DNA of 63,440 bases, filler included, from Vannella sp. (Eukaryota), in NCBI GenBank assembly GCA_023345925.1. It is 7 parts of 7 records of this genome, joined end to end, with 100 filler letters (N's around TTAATTAATTAA, not from the genome) between each part and the next. Parts side by side here need not be neighbours in the genome. Positions count along the whole stretch, not along the records: positions 20,519 to 27,167 come from JAJQQN010001233.1; positions 27,268 to 38,322 come from JAJQQN010001277.1; 5 more parts are not named here. One strand, 5' to 3'. Positions 21,395 to 34,702 of this stretch are shown here, piece after piece. Every line of letters starts with the position of its first letter. Positions within the stretch are counted from its first letter, which is position 1. The position numbers were made by a program, and so were the translations under genes. Below the pieces are notes generated by a model. It saw only the letters and a program-made list of their open reading frames with translations, made no database searches and was not told the origin of the DNA.

Positions 21395-24300
21395 ATGGGC
21401 GGGAACGCCAAGAAGAAGAGAATGATCGCTGCGACACGCGCGAACGCGAAAGAGAAGGCGGCTACGGTAAAGGCGGGACCAGCGACAAAGGTGGAGCCGG
21501 AGGTGATTAGAAAGAAGCCGGTGGAGCCACCTGCAGGAGTGGCGGATGTGCCTGTGCAGAAAGCGAGAAGTTCTTGGACTGGCAAGTCGCCTCTGGACCT
21601 GCTGCATGAGCACTTGCAGAAGAACAAGTGGTCAAGAGCTAACTGGAGTGAACAACCAGTCACACAAGACACTCGTGGTCGTCCTGTGTATGCCTTTAGG
21701 GTCACTTTCTTCAATCCCAAGACAGAGGAGCGGCTCCGCTTCCGGACAGTGATCTTCTCCGATTCTTTGGATCCAGAAGACAAGACAGAGCAAACGTGGG
21801 AGTGGCAGGCTGGAGCGAAGCAGAACTGCGCCCTCGTAGCGCTTGGACACTTCTTTCCTACCCAACCACTTCATCAACACATTGCTCCTGAGTACCGTTC
21901 TGTTTGGCTACATCTCAGAGAGTTACAGAAGGTGAAGCAGGAACAACAACAGGACCGCGAGACCAAGCAAGAGCAACGAGAAGAGAAAAAAAAGAGACGA
22001 GAGGAGCAGGAAGAGTTCAATCAGCTCACTCGCATGCATATTTCCATGACAGAACGTACTAGAAGAGCCTGCAATTCCATTTTCGATCAGTTGAGCCCTT
22101 CTATTACGCCTGGGTCTCAAGTTGAAGTTTCCCCTAAAGTGATTAAGTCACTTATTGGAATGGGCTTCCCTGCCTCCACCATCCAAGAGTATCAACATTT
22201 AGCGCCAATTAAGGACACTCACACTGAAGTGGAGCAAAAGAAGATACTCTTTGAGACTTTGCTTTTGCAGATGCCTGAAAGCAACCTTCCACCCGCATTT
22301 CGGCCATCAGCGGGTAACTTTGAGGTCGTTCATGTCCCCTTTACTCCTTCTCCTGAGGAACAAAATTCTTCGTTGAATCCAGCTTCACAAGAGGCTAAAA
22401 CAAACGCTTTGGAAGGGTACAGTGCGTCAGATCAGCAGATTATCCAATCCATTTGCCATCTGGGGTTTGCACCCGAACAGGTATCCTCCTACTTGGATCA
22501 AAATGGGTTATGCGTTGTTTCCGGAGGGAGTAAGAAGCTTTCCAATGGACTGTCACCTTCTACGGTTGGATACCGTTTGTACCAAACCCACTGTCTACTT
22601 CAGGCTTCGGAAGATTCAAATTTGGATCGATCAGCGCTAAGAGAGCTTCTCGAAGAAGAAAAGGAGACTCTGATGGCTGTCTTCGATCAGGACTTTCATG
22701 AGGAAGAGCTGCAACTTGGTTCTGAGAAATTATTATCGTGGCGCATCCCTGTGGAGTGGGAAGGAGGGTCTCTGGGAAGCTTATCACTTCTTCATTGTAA
22801 TAGTTGCCTGTATCCACACGTTGCTCCCTGGATCAAGCTGGATCTTCCAGGTGTAGGAAACAGAGAGTCACAGTTTATTATTCAGGTTTTAGTGAATCAC
22901 TTCAGTGATCCATTGGAGAGCACGTTCCCGGTCACTCAACCATCTGAGAGTGGCTCATTAAAAGAGACAATGGGAGGGATTCCAATGCTGTTCTCTATTC
23001 AATCGTGGCTTACTCAATACGCTCCCCTCCTACTCCAGCGCTTTGATTCAAACCAAAGCTCTGAACCCAAATCTGACATTGCTGTATCGAATGTCGAAAC
23101 GCTAGAAGCGAAGAGAACTACTCCGCTTGCAAAGGCTCCGACAAGGGGATTCCAAGAGAGACTCCCTACCCTAAAGTCTATTAGTCAGTTGGAAAAGCTC
23201 TCTCAAGACCTCTACACTCAAGAGAACAAGAATAAGGCATCCCCTCAAGTAAAGCAGATGTTAAGTGCTCGAAAGAAGCTCCCCGCAGATAAGTTCCGCG
23301 AAGAAATCGTCGCATTGTACCAAAGTAACGATGTTATTGTGATCTCGGGGGAGACTGGATGTGGCAAGACCACTCAAATCCCTCAGTTCCTTCTGGAACA
23401 TTTCATTGAATCTCGACAAGGTGGATTCTGCAACATGATCTGCACGCAGCCTCGACGTCTTTCTGCAATAGGAGTTGCTAGTCGAGTTGCTAAAGAGAGA
23501 AATGAGAGGATGGAGCAGAGCAGCAGTCTAGTTGGATACCAAGTCCGCCTTCAAAAACAAATCAGCCCAATGTGCCGTCTTGTCTTCTGCACGGTTGGTA
23601 TTCTTCTCCGTCGTCTCCAACAGCTCGCCCAAGACTCTCAAGAGCCGTCAGCTCGCAAGCGGAAAGAGAATCTGATGAACACATACCTGAGCTCTCTTTC
23701 TTGCATTATTATTGACGAAGTCCACGAGCGCTCTCTGGACTGCGACTTCTTATTAATCATTTTGAAGCAGTATTTGTTGCGCCGACCACCTCCTTCTCCA
23801 GGGGTTCCACCATTGAAGATTATCCTGATGAGTGCAACGATATCAACGACGAGTTTCATCGCTTATTTTCAGGAGAAAGATATCAAGGTGGCTTCGTTTC
23901 ACATTCCTGGCTTTACATACCCAGTAGAGCAATATTTCCTCCCCGACATTGTCAAACGCATCAGCTATCGCCCGCCAGTTCGTAAGTTCTTAAAAGAAGA
24001 AGCCCAAGCGGAGCTGGAGAGGGAGAATCCAACGGCGGATTCTAATACGCTGGTTGCTTTGGCAAGTATTAATCCCCAGAAGATCGATTATCACTTGCTC
24101 AAAGAGCTGATTTCTTTTATCATTGAGAACGAATGTGCACTGTCAAGTGTCCAAGAGCCAATTGGGTCCATTTTAGTGTTCCTCCCAGGCATGGCAGAGA
24201 TTTCAAAACTTCGAGATGGCTTGCTGCACAGTAACATCGCCTCGAGATGTGAGATTCATGCTCTGCATAGTTCAATTCCTCTTGATAAGCAACAAATGGT

Positions 24301-25790
24301 CTTCGATAGCCCCTCCCAAGGGAAGACAAAGGTTGTCTTATCTACTAATATCGCAGAAACCTCAGTCACTATCCCAGATGCCGTCTTTGTGATAGACACT
24401 GGGAAGGTCAAGCAAATGCAATACGATCCAACCACTCAGATTAGTGCACTTCAAGAGACCTTTATCTCTCGGTCCTCCGCTAATCAGAGGTCAGGACGGG
24501 CTGGAAGAGTCAGAAAAGGCCAGTGTTATAAGCTGTACTCGGAGCCTTTCTTTTCTGGAAAGATGGCGCCATTTGATACGCCAGAGATCTTCCGGGTGCC
24601 CCTTCATCAGGTGTACCTTCTGACTTGTATATTCCTTGCCTCTCATTCGGCTGTTCCTGTAGAACGCGTCCAGCGCTTCCTGAGTTCGGCCATTGAATCA
24701 CCTTCTTCAGTTCAGCTTGAAGAAGCTCAAAGGTACTTGGTTGACGTTGGTGCACTGCAGCTGGTGGACCAATCCAATATCGTATTGACTCCTCTTGGAA
24801 GTCACATTAGTAAGCTCCCGATGGATGTCCGAATGGCTAAGATGTTGATTTTTTCGAGTATTCTTCGTTGCGTTGATCCAATGCTGACTATTTGTGCTGT
24901 TCTGTCCTATCAATCACCATTTATGAGTCTCCCTGAAAACAGAGAGGCTGCTAGAGCAGCGCAAATGGTCTTCCGTCGCTGCAAGAGCGACCATATAAGT
25001 TATTACCTTGCTTATGATGGATATCTAAAGGCAAAGCAACAGGGAAACGCGCACCGCTTCTGCAAAGATCACTTTCTGTCTTCCTCCACCATGATTATGA
25101 TTACTCAACTTCGCAAGCAGTTCTCAGAGCTCCTGGCTGACATCGGCTTCATAGCTTACAACAAGAATAAGCCTCAAATCAGTGGTTCCATCGCGAATGA
25201 GCAGAGTCACAACATGAAAGTGATTCAGGCTTGTTTGTGTGCCGGATTGTACCCGAATGTTCTCAAGATCCAGCCTCCCAAGAAGACCTTTACTAAGCTA
25301 GCTGAAGGAGGCACTGTTGAGAAAGCCACAAAAGTAAAGGAGTTGAAGTTCTTTACATCCTCCAATGGATCCCAGAATCGCGCATTCCTGCATCCCAGCT
25401 CTTTCAATTTTCAAGAAGGCACTTATGAGAGTGTCTGGATGGTCTATCTCCGTATTATGCAGACATCGCGCGTGTTTGTGCACGACACGACAATGGTGTA
25501 TCCCTATCCTTTGTTACTCTTTGGGAGCAACGACATTCAGGTGGACACTGAACGTGGATTCATTATTGTAAGTCCCTTCATCTCCTAATACCACCTCTCT
25601 TACCACCTACGTGTAGGTGGACCATTGGATGTACTTTGAAGCAGACATCCGCGTTGCCATAATCATCCGGAAGCTTCGAGAAGAACTCGATAAGACTCTG
25701 GCAGCGCACATTTCCCTCCCTCATTTCGAGTTGGATTCGCCCCTTTTTGCTCTCATCATCAAAATCATTCAATGTGACGGCCTATTCTAA
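21395..25790 (+). CDS. DHX57: DEAH-box RNA helicase, DHX57/YLR419W-like
   Basis: WTGKSPLDLLHEH N-terminal domain, RWD-like YPHVAP, GETGCGKTTQ, DEVH, SAT, QRSGRAGR, HA2/OB region; terminal intron ~25568-25616, TAA 25788-25790. Confidence 0.85.
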
Positions 25791-25889
25791 TCCAAGCTAG
25801 AATGAACATCCAAAAGCTTCCTCTTCCCTGATTGGACGATTTGCGTCCCTTCAAGGAAAGGTCAAGAAGAGTCATTATCCTGTTGGGAG

Positions 25890-26567
25890 ATGAGGAGGGC
25901 CACCTGGTACGGAACCAAGTGGGCAGGTTCACCCCAGAAGCTACAGAACACGACGCTGAAGCAGATTAAGAGAGATGGGCATCTGTTGGAGGATGATCCT
26001 CTGATGCTGCAAAGTAGCATCCTTTATGGGTGGTACTTGGACTGTCCTACTTGCGGCACGGAAGGTGTAAACGTCGACGGAGACAAGTATATGATTCAGT
26101 GCGACGTGTGCCAAGTGTGGGAACACTGCAAGTGCAACGGGATCCCATCCAAGCCGCTTGAGCGACATCACTGCTTGGGGAAGCACAGCGTCTGGGTGTG
26201 TCAGTCATGCAAGAAGGGAAACTACCGTTATCGTTCAGAGCATTGGAAGCTCCCCCCAGATCCCGAAATGGAGCCCAGCGACAAGGAAAATGGATCTCCA
26301 AGAGAACTCACGATAGAAGTGGATGATACGGAGCGAAGGCGCGTGTGGTTCACCAGCGAAAAACACCTCAAAACGTTTACGCGCCATTCTACTGAAGTAG
26401 AAGTCCCTAAAGGACCTCCAGAAGGACCGAAAGGACCGAGCTGTCTCCGAAGGTCCGCCCTCTTCTCAGAAGGTCGCCCGCTCCCCACTGTTCTCGACAA
26501 GCTAGAAGCCTCCCTGTGTTCCCACTCCCCTTTAGCCTCAAGTCCGATAGAGATCCCACCCACATAA
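25890..26567 (+). CDS. PHD-finger protein
   Basis: CPTC...MIQCDVCQVWEHCKC...WVCQSC. Confidence 0.7.
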   Translation: MRRATWYGTKWAGSPQKLQNTTLKQIKRDGHLLEDDPLMLQSSILYGWYLDCPTCGTEGVNVDGDKYMIQCDVCQVWEHCKCNGIPSKPLERHHCLGKHSVWVCQSCKKGNYRYRSEHWKLPPDPEMEPSDKENGSPRELTIEVDDTERRRVWFTSEKHLKTFTRHSTEVEVPKGPPEGPKGPSCLRRSALFSEGRPLPTVLDKLEASLCSHSPLASSPIEIPPT

Positions 26568-27167
26568 TGTAAACTGTATATTTCTCCTTCTTCTTCGCAC
26601 CAACCGACTTGTGCACCTGTGTAGGAGCAGGTCGAAGGGCTTCTCACATCGCTTGAGAACGGCTCTTGCTCTCGGCTTGCTATCAAAGCTGCCTGCACAG
26701 TTTTGGGATCACGCGTTCATCCAAACGAGAAAAGTCACGTTCGCTCGACGAGGATTTCTTCAAAAAATAAAAATAATAAAAAAAAATGAAAAAAGAATCA
26801 TCAAGACACGGATAATCAAAAAATATTGAAGTCTTTTAATAATAAACAAGTTGATTATAAGAATCAGGGATGGTTAAGAATATGAATTGAACAGAACATC
26901 AGATCCCTCGCAAACAGCCTTTCATCCAGTCACTGTGGAGCAGTGCGAGTTCCAGAACATATCTGAGAACGCTACCATTGTACGAGGTATCAATTGAGAC
27001 TGGTCGCTGCATGAAGGACTGTGAAGGAGGTCTTGTTTATGCGAGAGGAGCGGATGATGGCTCCACAGTGGTCCATATTGCGAACTGCTCCCTTACAGAA
27101 TGCAATGGATTGACTTTGGTTCGTCTGACATTGACGATGGAAGACTCTCTCTTCCACACAATAACAA

Positions 27168-27267
27168 NNNNNNNNNNNNNNNNNNNNNNNNNNNNNNNNN
27201 NNNNNNNNNNNTTAATTAATTAANNNNNNNNNNNNNNNNNNNNNNNNNNNNNNNNNNNNNNNNNNNN
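27168..27267. other. Artificial contig spacer
   Basis: N44-TTAATTAATTAA-N44. Confidence 0.99.
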
Positions 27268-27471
27268 GCTCTGCCCCTCTTCATGACCGCCCCAAGAAGT
27301 GGCATTCTGGCCTTATTTGTTGTATCTTCTTTCGCTCTCCGCTCCTTCGATTCCACTTTGCGTCTGGTGAAATCTGTCCCGCTTTAGTCAGATTCGTTCT
27401 ACTCAACATTAATGTCGTTTATGACAAAGTAACTTTCCTTTCCACTGCTGATGGCTGTTGACTCACAATAA

Positions 27472-30400
27472 CTAAACACCTGTGGCAGGAGTGTGCATGG
27501 GAGGGGCACGACCAGTAATACTTTGGTGTCCTGCTTCGGGATTGTTCATCAAATCGACTGCTCCAAACAAGTTGGCGATTGTCCGACGTAGTCCCCGCCT
27601 CTCCGACTGCAGAGAGGCTTGTTCTGAGCTCGAAGAACGGGCTACGACCGGGCTTGTAGAATCGTTGTTCTGTCGAGCAACCACAACTGCCGCAACCACA
27701 ACAGCAGCAACAATAACACCAGTAACCCCGAGAATAAGGACGCCGCCACCAACTGATCCAACCACGATTCCAGCGATAGATCCTCCGCTCAAACCGCCTC
27801 CACCGCCACCACCTCCTGCGGCTCCTGCAGAAATGGATCCTCCAACGCTACCTGCATCGATGACACCAGGAGCGGTCAGAATGGAAGAGGGAAGACCTGC
27901 TGCGAGTGCTCCTTGGCTTCCAGCAACTACTCCAGTGGAAGTAATACCAAGCGCAACACCTTCTGGACCGGCTGCTGCGCTTGCAAATGCCTCCGCAATG
28001 GTCTCTACCGGAACGCCGAACGATTGAACAACGAATGAGAATCCACTAACAAGACCCTTTGCGTGAATGGCGCCCTTACAATTGGCATCCTGCTGCGAAG
28101 GACGCACTTGGACGGCAGTTGTGGCGGGATTGGCCTTTGTCAAGGAGTAGAACAAAGCTTTCCAATCCGCGTCATTGATGCACACACTCAAGGTGACACT
28201 GAGAGTAGTAGAAGTGGCCAACTTCAGATTGGTAATGACTGACGTTGGGCTTGAAGAGAAGAAAAAGGACATACTTCCCAATGATGGATAGAGATTTCCA
28301 CTGATGTGGGATGAATACTCAGAAATGCTGTTGCTGCTGTTCAGTTTCAGACCTAAGAGGATTCTTTCGTTGCTGTCATCCCATCCCATTGTGGTGGTGA
28401 CTTCCAATCCTCCTGCAGAAGGGAACGAGATGGTCCCAAGATCGTTACAAAGGAGAGTGCCTTGACTGACCAAGCAAGAACGGAGAGTCGCGCTAGCACC
28501 ATTAATGTTAGTGAGACGCCATTCTAGACGGTCATTAACACGCGAGGAACCAGCTTGTCCAGTGCGGCACGCAAAAGCAACGGTTCCGGAAGAGACTTTG
28601 AGGTTGAAGCTCTGTGAAGTGGTGTACTTGTTGACTACGAGGGCTGATTTATCCCAGCGAACCAGAAAGTCTCCATTCTGAACAATGGACAGAGACTGCC
28701 CACTGACAACGTATCCAATGGGTGAGACAGGAGAGAGCTGGCTGAAGTCTAAAGCGTAGTTAGGGATTCCAGATGTCCCGTTGGTGACGCATTGTCCGTT
28801 GTAAAGCAGGGTTCCAAGGGGGCATGAGCACTTGTTAGCAGAGCAGACTTTACCAGAGCTACAAGTGCCACAATTGACAATGATTCCACACAAGGCAGCG
28901 TTCCCGCAGTCAAATCCATTCGTGATGCATTGCTGCGGAGCGTTACATTGCATTGAAGACGAAGGTGAAGGTGCCACTGGAGACTTCGAGGCTGAAGCAA
29001 TCGAACTGGCCGATGCAATACTTGACGGAGACGCTACCTGCGATGCCACCTGGGATGTTGGTGTGATGAGCGGATCGTCGCCTTGAATGAGAGGTTCGTA
29101 GACCACATTAGGTACACGACTTTTAGATCTCGTGGGTGACTGAGAACCGTTTGGCGGAGATGACAAAGAGATCGAGCGGGATGGGGACGCGGCTGGCGAG
29201 GCACTGACGACAGAAGAAGCTGACGGCGCCCCAGATTTGGAAGGGGAACTAGAAGGGCTATTGGCAGGAGTACTTGTGGCGGTCGGAGTGGAGGGAGGTG
29301 CAGCAATAGGGATACATTGGGACTGAATGTTGCAAACCTCAGCACTGGTACATGTACCACAAACTCCACCACACCCATTGGGACCACACTTCCGATTACC
29401 ACAGGCAGGGGTGCATGTGAAAGGGCCAGTCATTTTCAAGTTGGTGACGATTGTCCCTCGGGCATTGGCCTTTCCACCAACGATAATGGTGTAAATGGAT
29501 CCTGTGACGACATTGAAAGTGACAGCAGAGGTTTTGACCGAGGCAGAGACGTCATCATTGAAGCCGCTCGGAGCACAGAGGTTCTTTGTTCCGGTGCAAT
29601 CAGTCGAGCTCAAAACACTCAGGATTGTGTCCACTGAGCTTCCTTCTGTCGTCAATTTGGCTGTCCCTGTTGCGCTTGCCTTAAAGTAGTACCAAAGTCC
29701 TCCTGGGGTCTTCTGAGCCGGATCTTTGCCACGGTCAGTATCACAGAATGGGCGAGAGTACGCACTTACCGCATGAGAATGGGTTGTTGACGACACCATT
29801 GTTGTCCTTGGATACGGTGTAGCCAGCAGTTGATTGTGTGAGACCCTCAGCAGATGGACAATCGGTGTTCTGAGGGATTGTAGATCGGCAAACACCGTCA
29901 CCACCACATACAGCGAGCGTAGCACATGCTCCACAAGTTCCTCCGCAACCATCTGGTCCACAGGTCTTGCCAAAGCAGTCATACGAGGTACAAGAAGATG
30001 CCAGAGCTGGACTGGTTCCCAGAGAGTATCGAGAACTACTGGGGTTGAGCAAGAATCCACGCATGAGAGAGGCCTGTTGCTTAGTGAAGTATTGTCTACA
30101 CTGTGGGCGGTTGTAATCCATCAGATTGCGGACCATAACAGGGTTTCCACAGCGAACAAAGGCTGTGGGACTGTCTTGAATGTTACAGGGGTCAGCAAGA
30201 GTGACCCATTTGGAGCCAGCTGAGTCTGTGCTAGGTGTGTCAGCAATACCATCACCCAAACTGCACGAATCTCCTTGAAAAGTGTGGAGCAGCCCAAGCC
30301 AATGGCCAGACTCGTGCGCCAAAGTGTTTCCAGAGTAAAGGGAATCGCCCAAGATAGAGTAGTCCATCACACAGCCGTCGGTGTCATAAGGGCCAGAGCT

Positions 30401-30991
30401 AGGAGAGTAGGCAAAGCCTGCAGCATTGGAGATCTTGCAAGTGTACACGTTGTAGTACTTGCTTGAATCCCAGATGTCTGCTCCTCCTTGAGACGTGAAG
30501 AAGTTGGCAGTTTCTCCAATAGAGCAGGACTCTGCTAAAGCACTGGTAACGTAACGCACGCCGTCAAAGGGATTGCCGAGAGGATCCTTTGTGGCCAGCT
30601 CGAAGCGGATTTTGAGATCGTCCGTGCCAGCAACAACGGAAGAGAACATGTCAGACTTGTTGTAGTACTTGTTCTTGCCAGCGAACCAGTCATTGAGCCA
30701 GCCCATCTCCGTAACGATCTTGTCTCGGCTCACGTAGTTGGTGGGACTGTTGGTGAGAACATGCCAGACGACAGGGATGCGCAAGACCGTGTTGGCTCTC
30801 GCAAACAGGTGCTCGTTCGACGTTATCTCTTCAGCAAGACGCTCGATAGAAGCAGAATGCTCGAGAAACCAAGGTGTCTTCCTGAGACCATCAAATCCGC
30901 ATGAGTCCGGGGAGTGGGAAGGATGGAGCTCCTTCTCGTGACACTCAGAGAACACCACAAAGAGAAACAAGAGGGATACCAGAGCTTGCAT
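27472..30991 (-). CDS. Membrane-anchored M43 (pappalysin/ulilysin-like) metzincin with Cys-rich repeats, beta-sandwich domain, Ser/Pro stalk and 1 TM
   Basis: Signal MQALVSLLFLFVVFSEC; propeptide CG; IPVVWHV; HESGHWLGLLH; Met-turn NLMDY; intron 29724-29769 joins the two long ORFs; TM IAGIVVGSVGGGVLILGV... Confidence 0.88.
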
Positions 30992-31951
30992 CTGCAGAAG
31001 AGGGAGAAAAGTAAACAGAATCCTAAAAATCGAGATTCCCTTTCCCGCAAACGGCAGGTTCAAGGAATTTTCCGGACGCTGGCAAGTCACGTGATCTGTA
31101 TCTTGCTGCAGCGGGTGGACAGATCCCAAAGCCTGGCCCCAGAGAGAGTAGGTCCACCTAATGGAGTGAGGGTGCATGCAAATGTTGTTCAGGAGCCCTC
31201 CCCACCTAGAATGAGTTGTTTCCGATGGTCAGTGAGTGTCCGAGGAATGTGTACCTGTTTTGGCTCTCATTCCTTATCGCAAACACTCCTTCATTGTTAA
31301 CAACATGCCCAAGCCTTTGGAGACACAGGTAGACTCAGTCTTAGCTTGCTGAGGGAAGCCTATTCTGCTCGCGAAGGGGAAATGGTCGCCTACAACCTTA
31401 AGGCTCGCAGCTTGGAAGAGCCATAATATAGTGGAGGAAAGCAGAGCCTCTCGCTAGCCTCTCAGGCTGCCAAAAATGCCCAAAGCCAACCCAAACCTTC
31501 ACAGAGGACAAATCCTCCTTCTCGCAGAACCACTGGAGGTTATCGTTATCTCGTCTGCCTGAGCCCTTGCTCGCACTCCCAGGACTTACTGCGATCATCT
31601 CCACCCAAAGCTGAAGGTGTATCTGCAAGCCACAAGGAGTGCTAGTCAGACGAATGGTCGTTGGTTGGAGCCAGTACGGAAGATGTGAAACGTGGATCGG
31701 TCTCCTCCTTCTTTGAACTGCGAGATGTCCTCCTTCTCAGAGTCGGCGCCAGGCGACCACTTTCGCAACGACCTTCAAAAAAGGCCCCAAACTCGATGGC
31801 GAGTGGTTGGAATCGTATTTATATATGTTTTTAGGTTTTCACTTTCTGTGTCCAACTGCGCGATCGAGTGTCTTCAATCACCCGCACCCCCTTCAACTCT
31901 TTTTGTGTCCACAGAAAAGGAAAATTCTCCATTTTGTTGGATTATTTAGGG

Positions 31952-33263
31952 ATGGCGTTGAAGGGGGTGCGGGTGATTGAACTGGCAGGACTGGCGCCAA
32001 CTCCTTTCTGTGGGATGATGCTCGCGGATTTGGGCGCGAATGTGGTTCGAGTAGACCGCACGACGAGTGTTGGATCTACAGACATGCTTTCACGCCACAA
32101 GCGCTCCATCCAGATCGATTTGAAGAGCGCAGACGGGAAGGACGCTCTCCGTCGGCTCCTCTCTCGAGCAGATGTTCTTCTGGAAGGGTACAGACCCGGA
32201 GTACTCGAGTCTCTTGGCATGTCTCCTGATGTACTGCTCCAAATCAATCCTCGTCTGGTTATCGCAAGGCTCTCTGGCTTTGGGCAGACCGGCCCTCTCT
32301 CTCTTGTGGCTGGACACGACCTGAACTATGCAGGCATATCAGGAGTGTTGGACTTTGTTGGCCCAGCTCATCAAGCTCCAGTCTTCCCAACGAACCTCCT
32401 CGCTGACTTTGCGGGGGGCTCCTTCCTCTGCACTTTGGGGATTGTCTCCGCTTTGCTCCATCGGGAGAGAACAGGATGTGGTCAGGTGGTAGATAGCGGA
32501 ATGGCAGATGGAGCTAACTATCTCAACTCCTTCTCTTTGACTGGTAGGAGCAGTATCTTCGCCGGACCACGCGGGACAAACCTTCTTGATGGTGGAGGTA
32601 CGTTGTGAGTGACTCCTGCGCGCTCTAAACTTTTCCAGCACCATTCTACTCTATGTATGAGACAAAAGACGGGAAGTGGATGACTGTAGGAGCCCTAGAG
32701 CCTCAGTTCTACAGTCTAATGATTGACTTATTGGACTTTTCCAAGGATGAGCGAAGCTCTCTTCCTCATCAAATGGATATGAATCAGTGGGAAACGTTAA
32801 GGTCAATCTTTTCTCGCAAGTTTAAGGAGAAAACGCAAGCGGAATGGAGCGGGGTAAGGAGGGAATCCTCCAAATGTTGCTCAGAAAGTCCTCATCTGCT
32901 GGCATTCGCAGATTTTCCAGTTTACGGATGCTTGTGTGCAACCAGCGTTAGAGAGAGATGACTTTCAGTACCATCCACATGTTATTGAGAGGGGAATGCT
33001 CTCGATTCAAGCGGATGGAACGCGGGTTCCAACTCCCTCTCCTCGGTTCAGCGTCACTCCGTCATTAGTAAGTCTCCTATCACTTCAAATCACTCCTTTT
33101 GATACTAAGGCGGTCACAGGATCCTTCGGGAAGTCACCTACCTGAAGTTGGGGAGCATTCAATGAGTGTCTTGGAGGAATACGGGTTCGAACCGACCTTG
33201 ATTGAGTCCCTTTTCTCCACTGGTGCAGTCTCTGGCAATGAGAGACCACGATCTTGCCTCTGA
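31952..33263 (+). CDS. AMACR: Alpha-methylacyl-CoA racemase (CoA-transferase family III)
   Basis: ALKGVRVIELAGLAP, GHDLNY, NLLADFAGG, NLLDGG, YETKDGKWMTVGALEPQFY; 3 introns; spliced C-terminus SCL (PTS1-like). Confidence 0.92.
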
Positions 33264-33311
33264 ATCAATCAAAAGAGTCTTATTCTGCTCATTTCCTGAC
33301 GTCCCGCCGCA

Positions 33312-34568
33312 ATGGCAGATGAGGCTGGAGACTCGATCTTCCTGTTTCCCTCTTGCGCTATCAACGACTCTCTTTCTGACTACAAACTGTTACAAGGAAC
33401 GTTTTTAGTGGAAGAGCCTTACTGTAGGGCCTCTCAGAAGGCCAAGAAGGAGAAGGGAGGGAGATCTTGCCCTCATCATGACCCAATCGTTGATCTTGTG
33501 AGGCGGGAGATCACAGAAGAGAAGCAAAAGCTGTACTCTATGCTCTCCTCTTTGAAACAGCCTATCATCTTGCCCCTTCTGGGCAAACGGGAGCGAGAAA
33601 AAGCTGTGATTGAGTGCCCGATCTCCTTTTCAGAGTCCTGCTCCACCTTGGCGTCGATGTCATCCAAGTTTGGACTGTTAGAAGATAGAGACGAGCTTAT
33701 TCTAAACAATGGCGACAGTCTTGAGCTGGATCAGCTGATTGGGACTGTTTGTCGCTCTTCCCAAGGAAAAGAGATTCTCCTCTCTCTTGGAGGTCACCGC
33801 TTTCTCCTTCCGCCTCAATCTACATTCCTAGCATCTGACTATAGCATGCTACAACCCTTGATTCAACATGGTGAGCACCTCCTTCCTATCTGCCGAGAAT
33901 GCACTAATTCACTTTCAGCGGAGAATGTTGGAGGCTTCCAGTGCATTGTTATGGATCCTCCCTGGGAAAACAAGAGTGCACAAAGGAAGAGAGAGTACGG
34001 TACTTTCTATATGAAGCGGCTACTGCAACTTCCCATGGTCTCATTGCTTCCTAAGGGAACAGAATCAATCGGGTTCGTTGGAATTTGGGTCACAAACGAC
34101 CCAAAGATCACTTCCTTTGTCATTCACAAGCTATTAAAGCACTGGAATCTATCCTGTGTTACCAAATGGCACTGGCTAAAGTGTACAACGACAGGAGAAC
34201 CAGTTTGCCCGTTGGATAGTTCTCACAGAAAGCCTTACGAATCCTTACTGCTTTGTCTACACAATCCTGGGAACCTTTCCTTGCCAGAGCATTCTCTTTT
34301 GTCTCCTAAGGTGATCTTCTGCTGCCCATCTCCGTCACAGCATTCGAGAAAGCCTTCGCTTCAACCAATGTTGGACCAGCTGTTGGTTGCAGTTGGCTAT
34401 CCTCTTCCCCAGCAACGCAGATTGGAACTGTTTGCCAGAAATATAACCAGCGGGTGGACATCGTGGGGAAACGAGGTGCTAAAGCACCAGTACATTGACT
34501 ACTTCACTCCTCTGGAGAATGTTGGACCTAATTGGCCTCCTTCACAGGTTGCTGAGACTTTCTTGTGA
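33312..34568 (+). CDS. METTL4: MT-A70 family N6-adenine methyltransferase, METTL4-like
   Basis: MDPPWENKS, IWVTN, WHWLKCTTTGEP, HRKPYE, HSRKP, LELFARN..GWTSWGNEVL; probable in-frame 48-nt intron 33871-33918. Confidence 0.88.
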   Translation: MADEAGDSIFLFPSCAINDSLSDYKLLQGTFLVEEPYCRASQKAKKEKGGRSCPHHDPIVDLVRREITEEKQKLYSMLSSLKQPIILPLLGKREREKAVIECPISFSESCSTLASMSSKFGLLEDRDELILNNGDSLELDQLIGTVCRSSQGKEILLSLGGHRFLLPPQSTFLASDYSMLQPLIQHGEHLLPICRECTNSLSAENVGGFQCIVMDPPWENKSAQRKREYGTFYMKRLLQLPMVSLLPKGTESIGFVGIWVTNDPKITSFVIHKLLKHWNLSCVTKWHWLKCTTTGEPVCPLDSSHRKPYESLLLCLHNPGNLSLPEHSLLSPKVIFCCPSPSQHSRKPSLQPMLDQLLVAVGYPLPQQRRLELFARNITSGWTSWGNEVLKHQYIDYFTPLENVGPNWPPSQVAETFL

Positions 34569-34702
34569 TAAAGTCAAAGTACTGTGCTTTGTGTTCTTCT
34601 GGCAAGAAAGATTGGAAGTTCTCTAGAAGGAATCGGGACTCTAAGTCCCCGAGAAGGTCAAATATGGACTGAGATAGATCCTGAATCTCCAATTCGTTCT
34701 TC

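Noticed and set aside
26760..27167. A-rich tract and short ORF at the contig end as a retroelement tail or gene
   Set aside because: No TSD or RT evidence; the fragment is too short and broken to call
31180..31800. Possible spliced or decayed minus-strand gene
   Set aside because: Some intron-like signals, but no coherent reading frame or motif could be built
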